Positions 25,298-39,199 of a DNA stretch of 64,000 nucleotides are shown here, one piece after another; the stretch's first letter is position 1; every line of letters begins with the position of its first letter. The stretch comes from an uncultured Bacilli bacterium. GTDB taxonomy: Bacteria; Bacillota_I; Bacilli_A; RF39; UBA660. The position numbers were made by a program, and so were the translations under genes. The notes under the pieces are model-generated. The model saw nothing but the letters and a program-made list of their open reading frames with translations. It ran no database searches and had not been told where the DNA came from. Location: contig CALVRU010000001.1 of assembly GCA_944358775.1 (NCBI GenBank), positions 3,888-67,887 on the forward strand, written 5' to 3'.

Positions 25298-25660
25298 CTA
25301 CATCCACGTTTTAATCAAAGCTACTACTAATTCAATTAAATAAAAGAAAATAGAAAAGAATAATACAAACACAATCGTTGCAATCGAATACTTCACCATA
25401 TCTTTTTTTGATGGCCATTTTACCTTTTTTAACTCGCCAATTACTGCTTTAAACCAAAGCCGAATTCGTTTGCCTAAACCAACTTTCTTAGTCGTTTTCT
25501 TCGGTGCCGTTTTTTTCGTACTTTTCGTAGTCTTTGGCGTTTCTTTTTTACTCGCCTTCACTACTTTCTCTTCCTTCACCGTCTCTTGTGCAGAAACCAC
25601 CTTTTTTTCAACCTTTGTCTTCTTACCTTTACTAGAAGCCTTTGCTTTAGCCATAACCAT
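25298..25660 (-). CDS. secE: preprotein translocase subunit SecE with about 60-aa lysine-rich N-terminal extension
   Basis: C-terminal WPSKKDMVKYSIATIVFVLFFSIFFYLIEL matches the SecE core. The N-terminal half is K/T-rich low complexity. Confidence 0.8.
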   Translation of the reverse strand: MVMAKAKASSKGKKTKVEKKVVSAQETVKEEKVVKASKKETPKTTKSTKKTAPKKTTKKVGLGKRIRLWFKAVIGELKKVKWPSKKDMVKYSIATIVFVLFFSIFFYLIELVVALIKTWM

Positions 25661-25771
25661 TCACCCATCCTTTTTAGTATATGCTAAATTTCTTCAAAAT
25701 AAAAACACCCTTTCGTGTTACCTATAACCTAGCACGAAACCGCAAAAAAGTCAACAAAAAAAGCCGATCTT

Positions 25772-26500
25772 CTAACGGATTTTAATCAGCTTTTTTAATT
25801 CTTGCACCTTATCTTCATTTTCCACTAATGGTAACACATCAAAAAGATCGATATTTTGAGCATCTTTTTTCTGTTGCAAATATCGTTCAATCATAATCGG
25901 ATGAAGCACCGTATTATCACGATAGAGCGTAATCATCGGATCGTGACACAAATCAAGACGAGCAATTAATCGATTCGATGAGACGACATCCAACATAGAA
26001 ACATCACTATAAAATGGATTCCAACGGCTCGAATCCGAATACCGAAAATGGTCATAAGAAAAATACGAAAGATAGGATGGTCCAAAATAATAACTTAACA
26101 CTCGCTGCATAATTCCAAATACTCCATCATAAGTATGTGGCCGCAACAATTGATTTTCCGAATTCAAACTGGATGCAACAAATTCTTTTTCCACACTTGG
26201 AACACTTTGCCGCGTCAAAACATCCCCCGCTATCGTACAGACACTTTGATCAAAACGTGCTCCCATTTCAAAGAACAAATGATATGCATAAAGATTACGC
26301 CCGAGTGGAATACGACTAAGATGTAGTTTTGATCGATCAAAATCAATATTAAAATTATATTCTTGATTCATAAAAATAGTAAGCTGCGATAACACTGATT
26401 GAACTCGAAAATCCGGTTTATGTGCTTGAATAAAATCACTTACCGCTAAAAAACGCAAATATTCTTCGTGCAACACTTCTTTTACAAATGATCGTTCCAT
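25772..26500 (-). CDS. hypothetical protein (242 aa)
   Basis: Intact ORF between the SigH-like sigma operon and secE. No recognisable motif. Confidence 0.6.
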   Translation of the reverse strand: MERSFVKEVLHEEYLRFLAVSDFIQAHKPDFRVQSVLSQLTIFMNQEYNFNIDFDRSKLHLSRIPLGRNLYAYHLFFEMGARFDQSVCTIAGDVLTRQSVPSVEKEFVASSLNSENQLLRPHTYDGVFGIMQRVLSYYFGPSYLSYFSYDHFRYSDSSRWNPFYSDVSMLDVVSSNRLIARLDLCHDPMITLYRDNTVLHPIMIERYLQQKKDAQNIDLFDVLPLVENEDKVQELKKLIKIR

Positions 26501-26584
26501 AAAATCATCCCTCCTTAAAACATGTTCTATTATAAAAAAGACAAAGTAAAATTGTCAAATAAAAAAACAAGTTCTTCACTTGTT

Positions 26585-27238
26585 TTAAGACATCGCCTGA
26601 ATCACAAAGCCAATCACCATTAAAGCAACACTGGTAAAAAGGAATCCCAAAAAAACAGTATTCGCAAAAGCTCCTTTGGCAAGATCTTGCGGTATCTCAT
26701 CATAAGAGTCTTTTTCCACCCCTACTTGATGATCAGTATGATACACCAAACGCTTACCACTTTGATCCGTTGCTCCACTACTAGCTTGTTTTATTTTTAA
26801 ATCGCGAACATAATCGGAAAAATAAATATTTTGACCTTGTAACAAAACCGCTTCATAATAAGGAACATCACTTTCCGGAAGAAGATAAAGATAAGTATCA
26901 AAAGCTTGATACAAGGTATTAAAATCCGGTAATCTCCCTTGTGTATTGGCATACGGCCAATCGAGATACAAACCAATTGCAAAAGTCGTAAACAAGTTGC
27001 GATCGTATTGTTTCCAATCGGCAATTTCTTGTAAAGATGCCTGCTCTACATTATGAAATACAACCTGAGTAGCATTCGTCCAATTAACCATCGTTTTTTG
27101 AAAATCAAAAGATGGTACATATTTCAAGTCTTTATGCAAATTCTTCAAAGTAAGATCCATTCCATAAAGAAGATTTCGCTTTTCTTCCGTGCTTCTCGGA
27201 TAAGTTAACCATTCGAGCAAAGATACTGCATTATCCAC
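26585..27238 (-). CDS. hypothetical tail-anchored membrane protein (217 aa) immediately downstream of the SigH-like sigma factor
   Basis: Soluble N-terminal domain plus single C-terminal TM (VFLGFLFTSVALMVIGFVIQA). Confidence 0.6.
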   Translation of the reverse strand: MDNAVSLLEWLTYPRSTEEKRNLLYGMDLTLKNLHKDLKYVPSFDFQKTMVNWTNATQVVFHNVEQASLQEIADWKQYDRNLFTTFAIGLYLDWPYANTQGRLPDFNTLYQAFDTYLYLLPESDVPYYEAVLLQGQNIYFSDYVRDLKIKQASSGATDQSGKRLVYHTDHQVGVEKDSYDEIPQDLAKGAFANTVFLGFLFTSVALMVIGFVIQAMS

Positions 27239-27270
27239 AAGACCTCACCTCTATTCTAATAATAAGTATA

Positions 27271-27891
27271 TCACGAGATAAAATCTTTGGAAACTATTTT
27301 TTTCTTTTGTAAGTATTCCCTTAGTTGTCTACGAATTCGATAAACTTTTGATTTCACCCGAACAATCGGTAAATCGAGCAAAGAAGATATTTCCGCGTAA
27401 GAGAAACCATTGTATTGTAATTCAAAAGTCAGCGCATCTTCAAACTTTAAATTATTTTTGAATTCGATAAATATGGTCATAAGTTGGTGATAGGCCACTT
27501 TTTCAAAAAGGTCCTCATTTCCCATTACAAAATCACCATAGCAATCATCTTCCGAAACTTCGTAATCGAGCGAATACGGTACTAAAAACTCATACGGTTT
27601 ATTACGACACAACGAACGTAGCGAATTGGCAATCGAAGTTCGAATACAGACAAACGCATACGTCGCAAAAGAAGCATTCTTTTGACTTTGAAACCGTTGA
27701 ATCGCATGAAGTAATCCGCAAAAACCTTCCTGGCACAAATCCTCATAAGTGAGACCAACTAAATTTCCTTTTACCAAATACATCTTTGCAATTTTATATA
27801 CCATCGGACGATATTTTTGATAGATCTCATCAAAGGATACTTCGGTTTTACCATCTACATTCAAAAATTCACGATCATCTTGTTTTTGCAC
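27271..27891 (-). CDS. sigH: RNA polymerase sigma factor, SigH-like (sigma-70 regions 2 and 4)
   Basis: DLCQEGFCGLLHAIQRF and SFATYAFVCIRTSI resemble Bacillus SigH region 2. Synteny matches sigH upstream of rlmB (yacO)-mrnC-cysS. Confidence 0.7.
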   Translation of the reverse strand: MQKQDDREFLNVDGKTEVSFDEIYQKYRPMVYKIAKMYLVKGNLVGLTYEDLCQEGFCGLLHAIQRFQSQKNASFATYAFVCIRTSIANSLRSLCRNKPYEFLVPYSLDYEVSEDDCYGDFVMGNEDLFEKVAYHQLMTIFIEFKNNLKFEDALTFELQYNGFSYAEISSLLDLPIVRVKSKVYRIRRQLREYLQKKKIVSKDFIS

Positions 27892-27895
27892 AACA

Positions 27896-28600
27896 TCACC
27901 TATTTTTCTGTCTTAACACCTCGTAAATCATAATTCCACACGCTACGGAAGCGTTAAGGCTATTTACCTTTCCATACATCGGAATACGTGCAATAAAATC
28001 ACACGATTCTCGAACGAGACGACTCATTCCGCTTCCTTCGTTACCAATTACAATTGCAATTTTTCCACGATAATCAATTTCTCTATAATCTTGACTTTCT
28101 GAAAGATCCGTACCGACAATCCAATATCCATTCTGTTTCAACTTTTCAATCGTCCGCACCAAATTAGTAACCGCTACAATCTTCATATTTTCCGTTGCTC
28201 CACTGGATGTTTTCATCACCGTCGCATTTACCATAACACCACGGTCACTCGGAATAATGACACCATCCACGCCAGCAGCCTCACAAGTACGAATAATTGC
28301 TCCTAAATTATGGGGATCTTCAATATGATCTAAGATTACTAGAAAACCATCATGATCCATCGCCATTACATCTTCAAGCGAAGCGTAAGAATAATCCTCT
28401 ACTTCTAGCATTATACCTTGATGATTACCTTTTGCAAGACGATCTAATTGGTATTTCGGCATCGTTTCAATCCGCAAATTTGCTTTTTGAATCAATGAAT
28501 TTAGTTTTTCATCATGAAATCCATCTTGTAAAATAACTCTTTTTACTTTTTTTGGTAAATTTAAAAATTCGTAACATACATTACGGCCGTATACAATCAT
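27896..28600 (-). CDS. rlmB: 23S rRNA (guanosine-2-prime-O)-methyltransferase, TrmH/SpoU family (RlmB/YacO)
   Basis: 234 aa with SpoU methylase architecture. Synteny with mrnC and cysS. Confidence 0.8.
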   Translation of the reverse strand: MIVYGRNVCYEFLNLPKKVKRVILQDGFHDEKLNSLIQKANLRIETMPKYQLDRLAKGNHQGIMLEVEDYSYASLEDVMAMDHDGFLVILDHIEDPHNLGAIIRTCEAAGVDGVIIPSDRGVMVNATVMKTSSGATENMKIVAVTNLVRTIEKLKQNGYWIVGTDLSESQDYREIDYRGKIAIVIGNEGSGMSRLVRESCDFIARIPMYGKVNSLNASVACGIMIYEVLRQKNR

Positions 28601-28977
28601 ATTGTTCCTCCTAATATTACATTCATAAGTTCCAAAATTCGTTCTTCTCTTCCTAAAAAAGAAAGATATCCGACAACTGCTTCCAATGCTGTCGCATGTT
28701 TATACGTCAAAATATCACAACTTTTCGGATGATGAGTACTTTTCGTATTACGCGCTCTTCGAATGATATCAAGTTCATCCTCATAAAAACAGTCGTTTTC
28801 TTGTAGATATTCTAAAATACGTGCTTGACTCTTTGCGCTGACATAATTTAAAGATTCTGTTTGCAAATCATTGACATTTGCAATCTTTTGATCGATTAAA
28901 TATCGTCTTACATGACTTTCATAGACACTATCACCAAGGTAAGCAAGTACCAGCGGATTCAATTCAAGAACATTCAT
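28597..28977 (-). CDS. mrnC: Mini-ribonuclease 3 (Mini-III)
   Basis: LAYLGDSVYE RNase III signature. Adjacent to cysS. Confidence 0.8.
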   Translation of the reverse strand: MNVLELNPLVLAYLGDSVYESHVRRYLIDQKIANVNDLQTESLNYVSAKSQARILEYLQENDCFYEDELDIIRRARNTKSTHHPKSCDILTYKHATALEAVVGYLSFLGREERILELMNVILGGTI

Positions 28978-29039
28978 AAAATCACCACTCAAAGTATACC
29001 ATCAAAAAAAGTAATCCACAAGTTTTGTGGATTACTCTC

Positions 29040-29744
29040 TTAACGATCATCACTGCGAAATAAAATCAAGACAAGTCGTAAAATTTCTAATAACGTCGTT
29101 GCTAACGAAGCTACATAAGTCATCGCTGCACTACGTAACATATCTTTTGTTCCATCCAATTCCTGGTTCGATAATAAATTTAACTTTAACAACTGTTGTT
29201 CTGCGCGGCTACTAGCATTGAACTCTACTGGTAACGTAATTAATTGAAAGAACAAAATCACAAGTTCTAATCCCACACCAATCCACGCAAGATTTAACAT
29301 ATTAAATAAAAATCCAATTAAAATTGCAATATAACCAAAACTAGATGCTAAATTAACAAACGGAACTAAAGCTCCACGAATGCGCAAAAACACATACCCT
29401 TCTTTATCTTGAATTGCATGCCCACACTCATGAGCCGCCACACTTGCACTAGCAATCGATGTCCCATTAAAATTGTCTTTTGATAAGCGAATCACCTTGC
29501 GTGAGGGATCATAGTGATCCGAAAGAAATCCAGAGACCTCTGTAACATAGACATCGTCCAAACCATTGGCATCTAAAATCTTACGCGCCACTTCTACACC
29601 TGTCAAATGATTCTTATTTTCAATTGCCCGATATTTTTTATAACGACTATTAATATAAAACTGTGCCGCTAAAGTAATAACGACTCCTAGTAAAATTAAT
29701 CCGTAGCCAATCCAATCAAAACTAAAATAATAGAACAAAAACAT
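29040..29744 (-). CDS. membrane-associated zinc metallopeptidase (HExxH, YpfJ-like neutral zinc metallopeptidase family)
   Basis: HECGHAIQD motif and N-terminal TM. Confidence 0.7.
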   Translation of the reverse strand: MFLFYYFSFDWIGYGLILLGVVITLAAQFYINSRYKKYRAIENKNHLTGVEVARKILDANGLDDVYVTEVSGFLSDHYDPSRKVIRLSKDNFNGTSIASASVAAHECGHAIQDKEGYVFLRIRGALVPFVNLASSFGYIAILIGFLFNMLNLAWIGVGLELVILFFQLITLPVEFNASSRAEQQLLKLNLLSNQELDGTKDMLRSAAMTYVASLATTLLEILRLVLILFRSDDR

Positions 29745-29750
29745 TCCTCC

Positions 29751-31157
29751 TCAAACTCGTTCGTACGTAGTTCCTTCGCGAGTATCGATCAATTTAATTC
29801 CTTTTGCTAATAATTCTTCGCGAATTTGATCCGCCCGTGCAAAATCTTTTGCTTTTTTATATGCATTTCTTTCCTCGATCTTTACAAGAACTTCTTTTTC
29901 CAAATCCGCATCGATTTCTTCTTTTTCCTCTTCATCGGTAATTAATCCAAGTGACAATACTTGGTCAAAATCATTCACTAAATATAATTTCGTAAAATCC
30001 GATAACGTATCATCTTTTAAGACATCATAAAGTACCGTTAACATAGATGCCGTATTCAAATCATTCTCAATCGCTTTTTTAAATTGCTCTTGATAATAAT
30101 CCAGTTTACTCTCCTGTAGTGCCGGCGTCCGATCCAAAGCCCGAATTCGATTTTTTAACTTTCGATAAGCGTTCTCCGCACCATCCAATGCTTCATAAGA
30201 AAACACAAGTTGACTCCGATAATGACTATTTAAACAAAAATACCGGTAACTAAGCGGATCATATCCTTTTTCTTGAAGTAACGAAACTGTTAAAAATTCA
30301 CCACTCGATTTACTCATCTTACCATTTTTATCATTCAAATGTTCACAGTGCATCCAATAATTGCACCATTTATGTCCGAAATAAGCTTCACTTTGAGCAA
30401 TCTCATTCGTATGATGTGGAAAAATGTTATCTACGCCACCACAATGAATGTCTAAATATTCGCCTAAATATTCCCCCGAAATACCAGAACACTCAATATG
30501 CCAACCAGGATAACCGACTCCCCAAGGAGAATCCCATTTCATATCTTGATCACTAAATTTCGATAAAGTAAACCAAAGCCCAAAATCAAATGGATTACGC
30601 TTCGCTTTATCTTCTTCGACCGTATCTCGTACACCAATCAACAACTCTTCCGGCTTTTTTCCAGATAACTGATAATAATCGTGCGCTTTACTGATATCAA
30701 AATAGACATTTCCATTCGAAATATAGGCATAACCATCTTTTAACATCTTTTCGATCATTTTAATATACGTTGGAATATGATCACTTGCCTTTTCCACCAC
30801 TTCTGGACGCAAAATATTCAATTTCTCAAAATCCTCAAAAAAAGCTTTCGTATAAAAATCAGCAATCTCGTAAACCGTTTTATGTTCCCGAATTGCTCCC
30901 TTCTTCATTTTATCTTCACCACTATCTGCATCACTCGTCATATGGCCAACATCGGTAATGTTCATTACTCGTTTTACTTGATAGCCTAAATAAGTTAATC
31001 CCTTCTGTAAAATATCTTCAAATATATAAGATCGCAAATTTCCAATATGGGCATAGTGATAGACCGTTGGTCCACAGGTATACAACCGTACAATCCCTTC
31101 TTCATGAGGAATAAAATCTTCCACCTTTTTCGAAAGTGTATTATAAACTCGCATCAT
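29751..31157 (-). CDS. cysS: cysteine--tRNA ligase
   Basis: 468 aa. HIGN (HIGH) and KMSKS motifs. Confidence 0.95.
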   Translation of the reverse strand: MMRVYNTLSKKVEDFIPHEEGIVRLYTCGPTVYHYAHIGNLRSYIFEDILQKGLTYLGYQVKRVMNITDVGHMTSDADSGEDKMKKGAIREHKTVYEIADFYTKAFFEDFEKLNILRPEVVEKASDHIPTYIKMIEKMLKDGYAYISNGNVYFDISKAHDYYQLSGKKPEELLIGVRDTVEEDKAKRNPFDFGLWFTLSKFSDQDMKWDSPWGVGYPGWHIECSGISGEYLGEYLDIHCGGVDNIFPHHTNEIAQSEAYFGHKWCNYWMHCEHLNDKNGKMSKSSGEFLTVSLLQEKGYDPLSYRYFCLNSHYRSQLVFSYEALDGAENAYRKLKNRIRALDRTPALQESKLDYYQEQFKKAIENDLNTASMLTVLYDVLKDDTLSDFTKLYLVNDFDQVLSLGLITDEEEKEEIDADLEKEVLVKIEERNAYKKAKDFARADQIREELLAKGIKLIDTREGTTYERV

Positions 31158-31292
31158 CTTTCTTCACCTAATCTTCTTTCTATTTATTATATTCGATCAT
31201 TGTCGTTAAAATATGTAAAAACAAAGAAAGAATGCGTAACATCGTTGATAAAATTTCATAAAATCACCTTGGTTTTATTATACCATAACATA

Positions 31293-31316
31293 CAAAAAGG
31301 GCAAGTTTAACTTGCC
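31293..31316 (-). terminator. rho-independent terminator of the clpC-like gene (overlaps its stop codon)
   Basis: Minus-strand ggcaagttaaacttgcc followed by ttttt. Confidence 0.65.
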
Positions 31317-33619
31317 GATGACAATGTCTTCAAACGAATTCGTTTCTTTCCCATCATCAATTGATCAATTACGAGCAAATCGATTTTTTCTTGCATTTCT
31401 CTTCGAATTCGACGAGCTCCAAACTCTTCATATCGACACAATTGCAAAATCTCATCAATAATAGAATCCTCAAAAGAAAGCGATATCCCCTTCTTCTGAA
31501 AAACTTCCTGTGCTTCTTTTAACTGTAACCGTACAATCCGTTCCGCCACTTCTTTCGTAATCGGCGAAAACGTAAAAATATGATCAATTCGATTAATAAA
31601 TTCTGTACTTAAAAAATCTTTTAATTGTCGTACTGCTGGATTCTCTCCTTCTTTAAATCCAAGATGTTCCGTATTACATCCAATATTAGAGGTCATCATA
31701 AAAATCACATGATCAAAGCGAACTTCCGTACCGCGAGCACTTTTCATTTTCCCTTCATCCAGTGCTTGTAAAAACAATTGCATGATCGAAGGATGTGCCT
31801 TTTCAATTTCATCTAACAAAATAACCGAATAAGGATTCGTCCGTACTTGTTCTAACACATTTCCCTGATCTTGATATCCGACATAACCAGGTGGTGACCC
31901 GACAATTCGACTGATCGTATGTGCCTCTTTATATTCACTCATATCTAACCGAATGAAATGATCCAATCCGACGATCTCTTTGGCATATGCTCGAACCAAT
32001 TCGGTTTTACCGACTCCTGTTTTGCCAAGGAACAAAAAACTCATTGGCCGAGACGAATCCCGCATCCCAAAAAATAATCGTTTTGTCTCATTACACAATT
32101 GATGAATGACTTGTTCTTGTCCTAAAACCTGGCTATTCAAACGTTCTTCTAATTCCTGAAGTTGCGATATAGACACCTTGTCAATCTCATACACTGGAAT
32201 TTTAGTTTTCTCTTCGACAATACGAATCAAAGTGGAACGATCGACCTTTTTTAAAGTAACCTTTTGCGATTTCATCACAAGACGATTCAAACGATCTTCC
32301 AAACGCTGTTCTTTTTCCTTCAAAGACGAGGCTAAAGCAAAATCTTGATTCATAATCGCTTTATTTTTTTCATCTAAAATACTGCGATAGCTTCTCTCCA
32401 ATTTCATCCGTTTCGCTTCGAACCCATCTTCCTGCAAAGAAACTTTCGCACAAACTTCATCCAATAAATCAATCGCTTTATCTGGTTGCTTTCGATCATA
32501 AATATAACGGTTGGATAAATCGACCAATAATGGCAAAAGATCATCCGCGAAGACAACACGATGATATCCTTCATAAAGCGGTTTTAATTTCTTCAAAATA
32601 GCAAGCGTACGTTCTTCATCTGGTTCTTCGACCATAACCGTCTGAAATCGTCTTGCGAAAGCCTTATCTCGTTCGATAAACTGCTTATATTCTTCCGTTG
32701 TTGTCGCTCCAATTAATCGCATCTTACCACGAGCCAAAACTGGTTTCAAAATATTGGAAGCATCAATTGCCCCCTCAGCCCCACCTGCTCCTACTAAAGT
32801 ATGCATCTCATCGATAAACAAAATAATATCATCGTTTTCTTCCACTTCTTTTAACATCTTGTTGATTCTTTCCTCAAACTCACCACGATACTTCGTCCCT
32901 GCAACTAAACCAGCGATCGATAAAGAAAGAACACGTTTCCCCTTTAGGATAGAAGGTACATCCCCCATCGTAATCTTTCTTGCTAATTCCTCGACAATAG
33001 CCGTTTTACCTACCCCTGCTTCTCCAATCAACAAAGGATTATTCTTCGTCCGCCGAGATAAAATCTCAATAACACGTGCCAGTTCTAAATCGCGACCAAT
33101 GACCGGATCGATTTCATTTTGCTGTGCTCTTTTATTAAAATCAACTGCATAATCATCGATCATCAATTTCTTTTTTACCTGATTCTTTTTATTCACAAAT
33201 TTTGTGGAAAACAATTCATAAAGTTGATCTAGATCGACTTCTAAACCAAGTAAAATACGAACAGCAACTCCCTCTCCCTCTTCTAAAATTGCAGAAAATA
33301 AATGCTCGATCGTAACAACCCCATCATTATTCTCCTTCGCTGATAACATGGCATCTTCAATGACCCGTTTTAATAAAGGAGTATATAAAAACCAATGGTT
33401 TTCCGCCGTTCCAATTCCCACAACATGGACAAGTTCATCCCGAAACTTTTGATAATTCAATTGAAAAGAAGAAAGTTGCTTCGTAACCGCCGAATCTTTA
33501 TTCTTCAAAATTGCCAACAATAAATGTTCACTTCCAACATAAGGATGCTTTAAGTCAACCATTTCCTTTTTCGCCATAACCAAGGCTTTTTGTGCTTCTT
33601 CTGTAAATTTCGAAAACAT
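31307..33619 (-). CDS. clpC: ATP-dependent Clp protease ATP-binding subunit (ClpC/ClpE-like, two AAA+ modules plus Clp_N)
   Basis: 770 aa. Clp N domain. Walker A motifs GEAGVGKTA and GKTGVGKTE. Confidence 0.85.
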   Translation of the reverse strand: MFSKFTEEAQKALVMAKKEMVDLKHPYVGSEHLLLAILKNKDSAVTKQLSSFQLNYQKFRDELVHVVGIGTAENHWFLYTPLLKRVIEDAMLSAKENNDGVVTIEHLFSAILEEGEGVAVRILLGLEVDLDQLYELFSTKFVNKKNQVKKKLMIDDYAVDFNKRAQQNEIDPVIGRDLELARVIEILSRRTKNNPLLIGEAGVGKTAIVEELARKITMGDVPSILKGKRVLSLSIAGLVAGTKYRGEFEERINKMLKEVEENDDIILFIDEMHTLVGAGGAEGAIDASNILKPVLARGKMRLIGATTTEEYKQFIERDKAFARRFQTVMVEEPDEERTLAILKKLKPLYEGYHRVVFADDLLPLLVDLSNRYIYDRKQPDKAIDLLDEVCAKVSLQEDGFEAKRMKLERSYRSILDEKNKAIMNQDFALASSLKEKEQRLEDRLNRLVMKSQKVTLKKVDRSTLIRIVEEKTKIPVYEIDKVSISQLQELEERLNSQVLGQEQVIHQLCNETKRLFFGMRDSSRPMSFLFLGKTGVGKTELVRAYAKEIVGLDHFIRLDMSEYKEAHTISRIVGSPPGYVGYQDQGNVLEQVRTNPYSVILLDEIEKAHPSIMQLFLQALDEGKMKSARGTEVRFDHVIFMMTSNIGCNTEHLGFKEGENPAVRQLKDFLSTEFINRIDHIFTFSPITKEVAERIVRLQLKEAQEVFQKKGISLSFEDSIIDEILQLCRYEEFGARRIRREMQEKIDLLVIDQLMMGKKRIRLKTLSSAS

Positions 33620-33682
33620 AGATCATTCTCCTTTGATACATTCTATGTATTTTATGAGAACATTTCATAAATTTTAAACAAC

Positions 33683-33719
33683 AAAAAAAGATGATATCCA
33701 AAGATATCATCTTTTTTTC
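33683..33719. terminator. bidirectional intrinsic terminator (perfect 10-bp-stem hairpin flanked by A7 and T7)
   Basis: aaaaaaagatgatatccaaagatatcatcttttttt. Confidence 0.75.
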
Positions 33720-33725
33720 ATTGCT

Positions 33726-35294
33726 CTACACAAGTAAAATAATTGTGAAGATAACAAATAAGATAATTAACATTTGAAGCAAGAACTTCCAAATGTGCTT
33801 CAACCATTCTCCATAAGGAACCTTTAAATAAGCAAGTGTTCCTAAAAGAAGCAAACTAGTTGGTGCAAATAACATTGTGAAAGCATAAAGTGATTGGAAC
33901 ATTACACTGATAAGTGGATATAATGTCGTATCCGTAATGACACTTGTCACATATGGAATGGTACTTTGTGCAACATACAACGTATCGATATTAAAGATAG
34001 ACGATAGAATTGCTACAATACCCATCGTAACAACATTGAATCCTTCCGTCAAACCAAGAAGTGCTTTTGTAATGACTAACTGGAATGGATGATATGTGAC
34101 CATAATCAAAATAGCATAGATAAACATCATCAAGAATCCAGGTAATAACATTTTTTTCGCACCCTCGATGAAGGAAGAAATATATTCACTCACTTTAACA
34201 CGGTAAATAAGTGCAATAATGACGCTAGCGATAAAGATGATAATCGTCAAATCATTCATAGCCCAATTTCCAAAGGCTAATACTCCACCTAAAAGCTTAC
34301 CAAACAATGGGAATCCAAAAACTTGGAATTCACTAATTGCTGTTAAAGCATCATCGAACCATGTAATATCAAACGAACTACTCCATGGAAGGAACGATAG
34401 AATCATAACTACCAAAAGTAAATCAAAGACAACAACCATTGGCCAAATTTTCTTTGTTTTTACCTTTGCTTTCTTCTCTACCTTTTTCTTTGTATCTTTC
34501 TTTTCTGACTTCGCATTTTTCTTGTTCTTTTCTTTTGTTTTAGCTTTAACAACTTTCTCTTCGATAACTTCATTAACCGTTGTCATAGCGTCTTCTGTTG
34601 GAATTAATCCATCTTCATCGACGATCTTTTCAACCTTTACTTTCTTAGCATATCTTAAAACATTAAAAACAAGTAAGACGATACCAATTACTAAAATGAC
34701 AACTTTAGTAAGAAGTTCATCTTGGTAAGTTGTTCCTAAAATAGAATTAATATACGCTACATTCTGTTCTCCCAATGTAGTACCCATATAACCGACGAAT
34801 ACACCACCAAGTGTTACCGTTGCAGCCACTAACTTGTTATAACCCATAAGTAAAACAAGCGAGATAATCATTGGGAACAAGAAGAACATTGCAAAGTTAA
34901 GTCCTGATACAGACGTAATGATTGCAATAAGACTGATTGTAATCCCTAAAAAGATGTTTTCCTTTCCTTTGAATTTTGCTACGATCTTATCAAGCATTTT
35001 GCGATATACACCAGTTTTCTTTAAGATTCCATAGAATCCACCAGTCACTAATGCAAAAAGCAAAATATAACCAAAATAAGAGAACGTAAGTGTTGGATAC
35101 GTGAACAATTCGTAGAATCCAATTTGTGCCCGCTCAGCTTCTACTAATGATCCATATTGATAAGATGCCGTTGGTAAAATCCAACTTAATAAAACCACTA
35201 CTAAAATACTGATGACAAGTACTTTAATTAAATTGTGCTTCTTCATAATAACCCTCCCAGTATTAATTATACAATAATTAGAAAGAAATACCAA
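33726..35294 (-). CDS. polytopic membrane protein (about 12 TM) with central lysine-rich cytoplasmic loop; function unknown
   Basis: 522-aa ORF with many hydrophobic segments. KVVKAKTKEKNKKNAKSEKKDTKKKVEKKAKVKTKK loop. True start may be the internal MKKHNL at 35246. Confidence 0.65.
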   Translation of the reverse strand: MVFLSNYCIINTGRVIMKKHNLIKVLVISILVVVLLSWILPTASYQYGSLVEAERAQIGFYELFTYPTLTFSYFGYILLFALVTGGFYGILKKTGVYRKMLDKIVAKFKGKENIFLGITISLIAIITSVSGLNFAMFFLFPMIISLVLLMGYNKLVAATVTLGGVFVGYMGTTLGEQNVAYINSILGTTYQDELLTKVVILVIGIVLLVFNVLRYAKKVKVEKIVDEDGLIPTEDAMTTVNEVIEEKVVKAKTKEKNKKNAKSEKKDTKKKVEKKAKVKTKKIWPMVVVFDLLLVVMILSFLPWSSSFDITWFDDALTAISEFQVFGFPLFGKLLGGVLAFGNWAMNDLTIIIFIASVIIALIYRVKVSEYISSFIEGAKKMLLPGFLMMFIYAILIMVTYHPFQLVITKALLGLTEGFNVVTMGIVAILSSIFNIDTLYVAQSTIPYVTSVITDTTLYPLISVMFQSLYAFTMLFAPTSLLLLGTLAYLKVPYGEWLKHIWKFLLQMLIILFVIFTIILLV

Positions 35295-35349
35295 TGATTT
35301 ACCTTATTTTTTTATGGAAAATTATGAAAAAAATGCGATAAAATTCACC

Positions 35350-35376
35350 AAAAAAAGTAGAGATGTGACTCTACTT
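35350..35376 (-). terminator. rho-independent terminator of lysS
   Basis: Minus-strand agtagagtcacatctctact followed by tttttt. Confidence 0.7.
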
Positions 35377-35391
35377 TCCAAAAAACAACAA

Positions 35392-38137
<2,746 letters not shown>

Positions 38138-38141
<4 letters not shown>

Positions 38142-39133
38142 TTTGCATCGTCCTTTCCAAAATTAGTCTTATACTCCTGTAACACTTGAATTATATCATG
38201 AATAGAAGAAAGAGAAAAGATATTATTCTTAATCTGATTCGCCCCATCCAAGCCCCTTAAATACCACATAATGTGATTACGAATTTCTAACATTGCTACT
38301 TTTTCATTTTTAAGTGAAACTAAATAATCAAGATGATGAAGACACATATCAATTCGTTCTTGTGGCGTTGGAAAAGCAATCATTTCACCTGTTTCTAAAT
38401 AAGTGACACATTGACGAATCAACCATGGATTTCCTAACGCACCTCGCCCGATCATAATCGCATCACAACCGGTTTCATCAAGCATCCGTTTGGCATCACT
38501 TGCAGTTTTAATATCGCCATTTCCAATAACCGGAATCGAAACGAATTCTTTCACATCTTTAATAATCTGCCAATCCGCCTTTCCGGAATATCCTTGACTA
38601 CGCGTCCTAGCATGAATACAAATAGCACTAGCACCCGCTTCTTCACAAACTTTTGCAACCTCGACTGCATTGATATGTTCCTGATCCCAACCACTGCGAA
38701 TTTTCACCGTTACTGGCACTGATACACTCTCAACTACCGCTCGAACAATTTGCCGCACTTTTTCCGGATCTTTTAAAAGAAACGAACCTGCTTGCGAACG
38801 TACCGCCACCTTCGGAACCGGACAACCCATATTAATATCAATCACTACATTTGGATATAAATTCGTTATTATTTTAGCCGCTTTTGCTAACGTTTCTGCA
38901 TTCGAACCAAATATCTGAATCGCTACTGGAACCTTCAAAGTATCGATCCCATTTAACATGGCAAATGTTTTCTTATTATCTCGAACGATTGCCTCTGCAC
39001 TGATCAACTCTGTTACTGCATAACCTAGGCCCATTTCTTCACATATTTTTATGTATGCCGGATTCGATATTCCAGCCATAGGCGCCAAAACTACCTGATT
39101 CTGAATTTCTACATTCCCGATTTTCCACTTCAT
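38138..39133 (-). CDS. dusB: tRNA-dihydrouridine synthase
   Basis: 331 aa. VVLAPMAGISN... and CP motif in Dus TIM barrel. Confidence 0.9.
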
Positions 39134-39199
39134 CGAATCACCTACTTGTTGTAGTATACCATGTCACTAAAAAAAAGAAAAGAACGCAAAGGGCATTCA

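Noticed and set aside
34430-34560. Lysine-rich coding repeats (membrane protein loop, SecE N-terminus) as possible DNA-level tandem repeats or mobile elements.
   Set aside because: This is low-complexity coding sequence without exact periodicity. No terminal inverted repeats or transposase are present.
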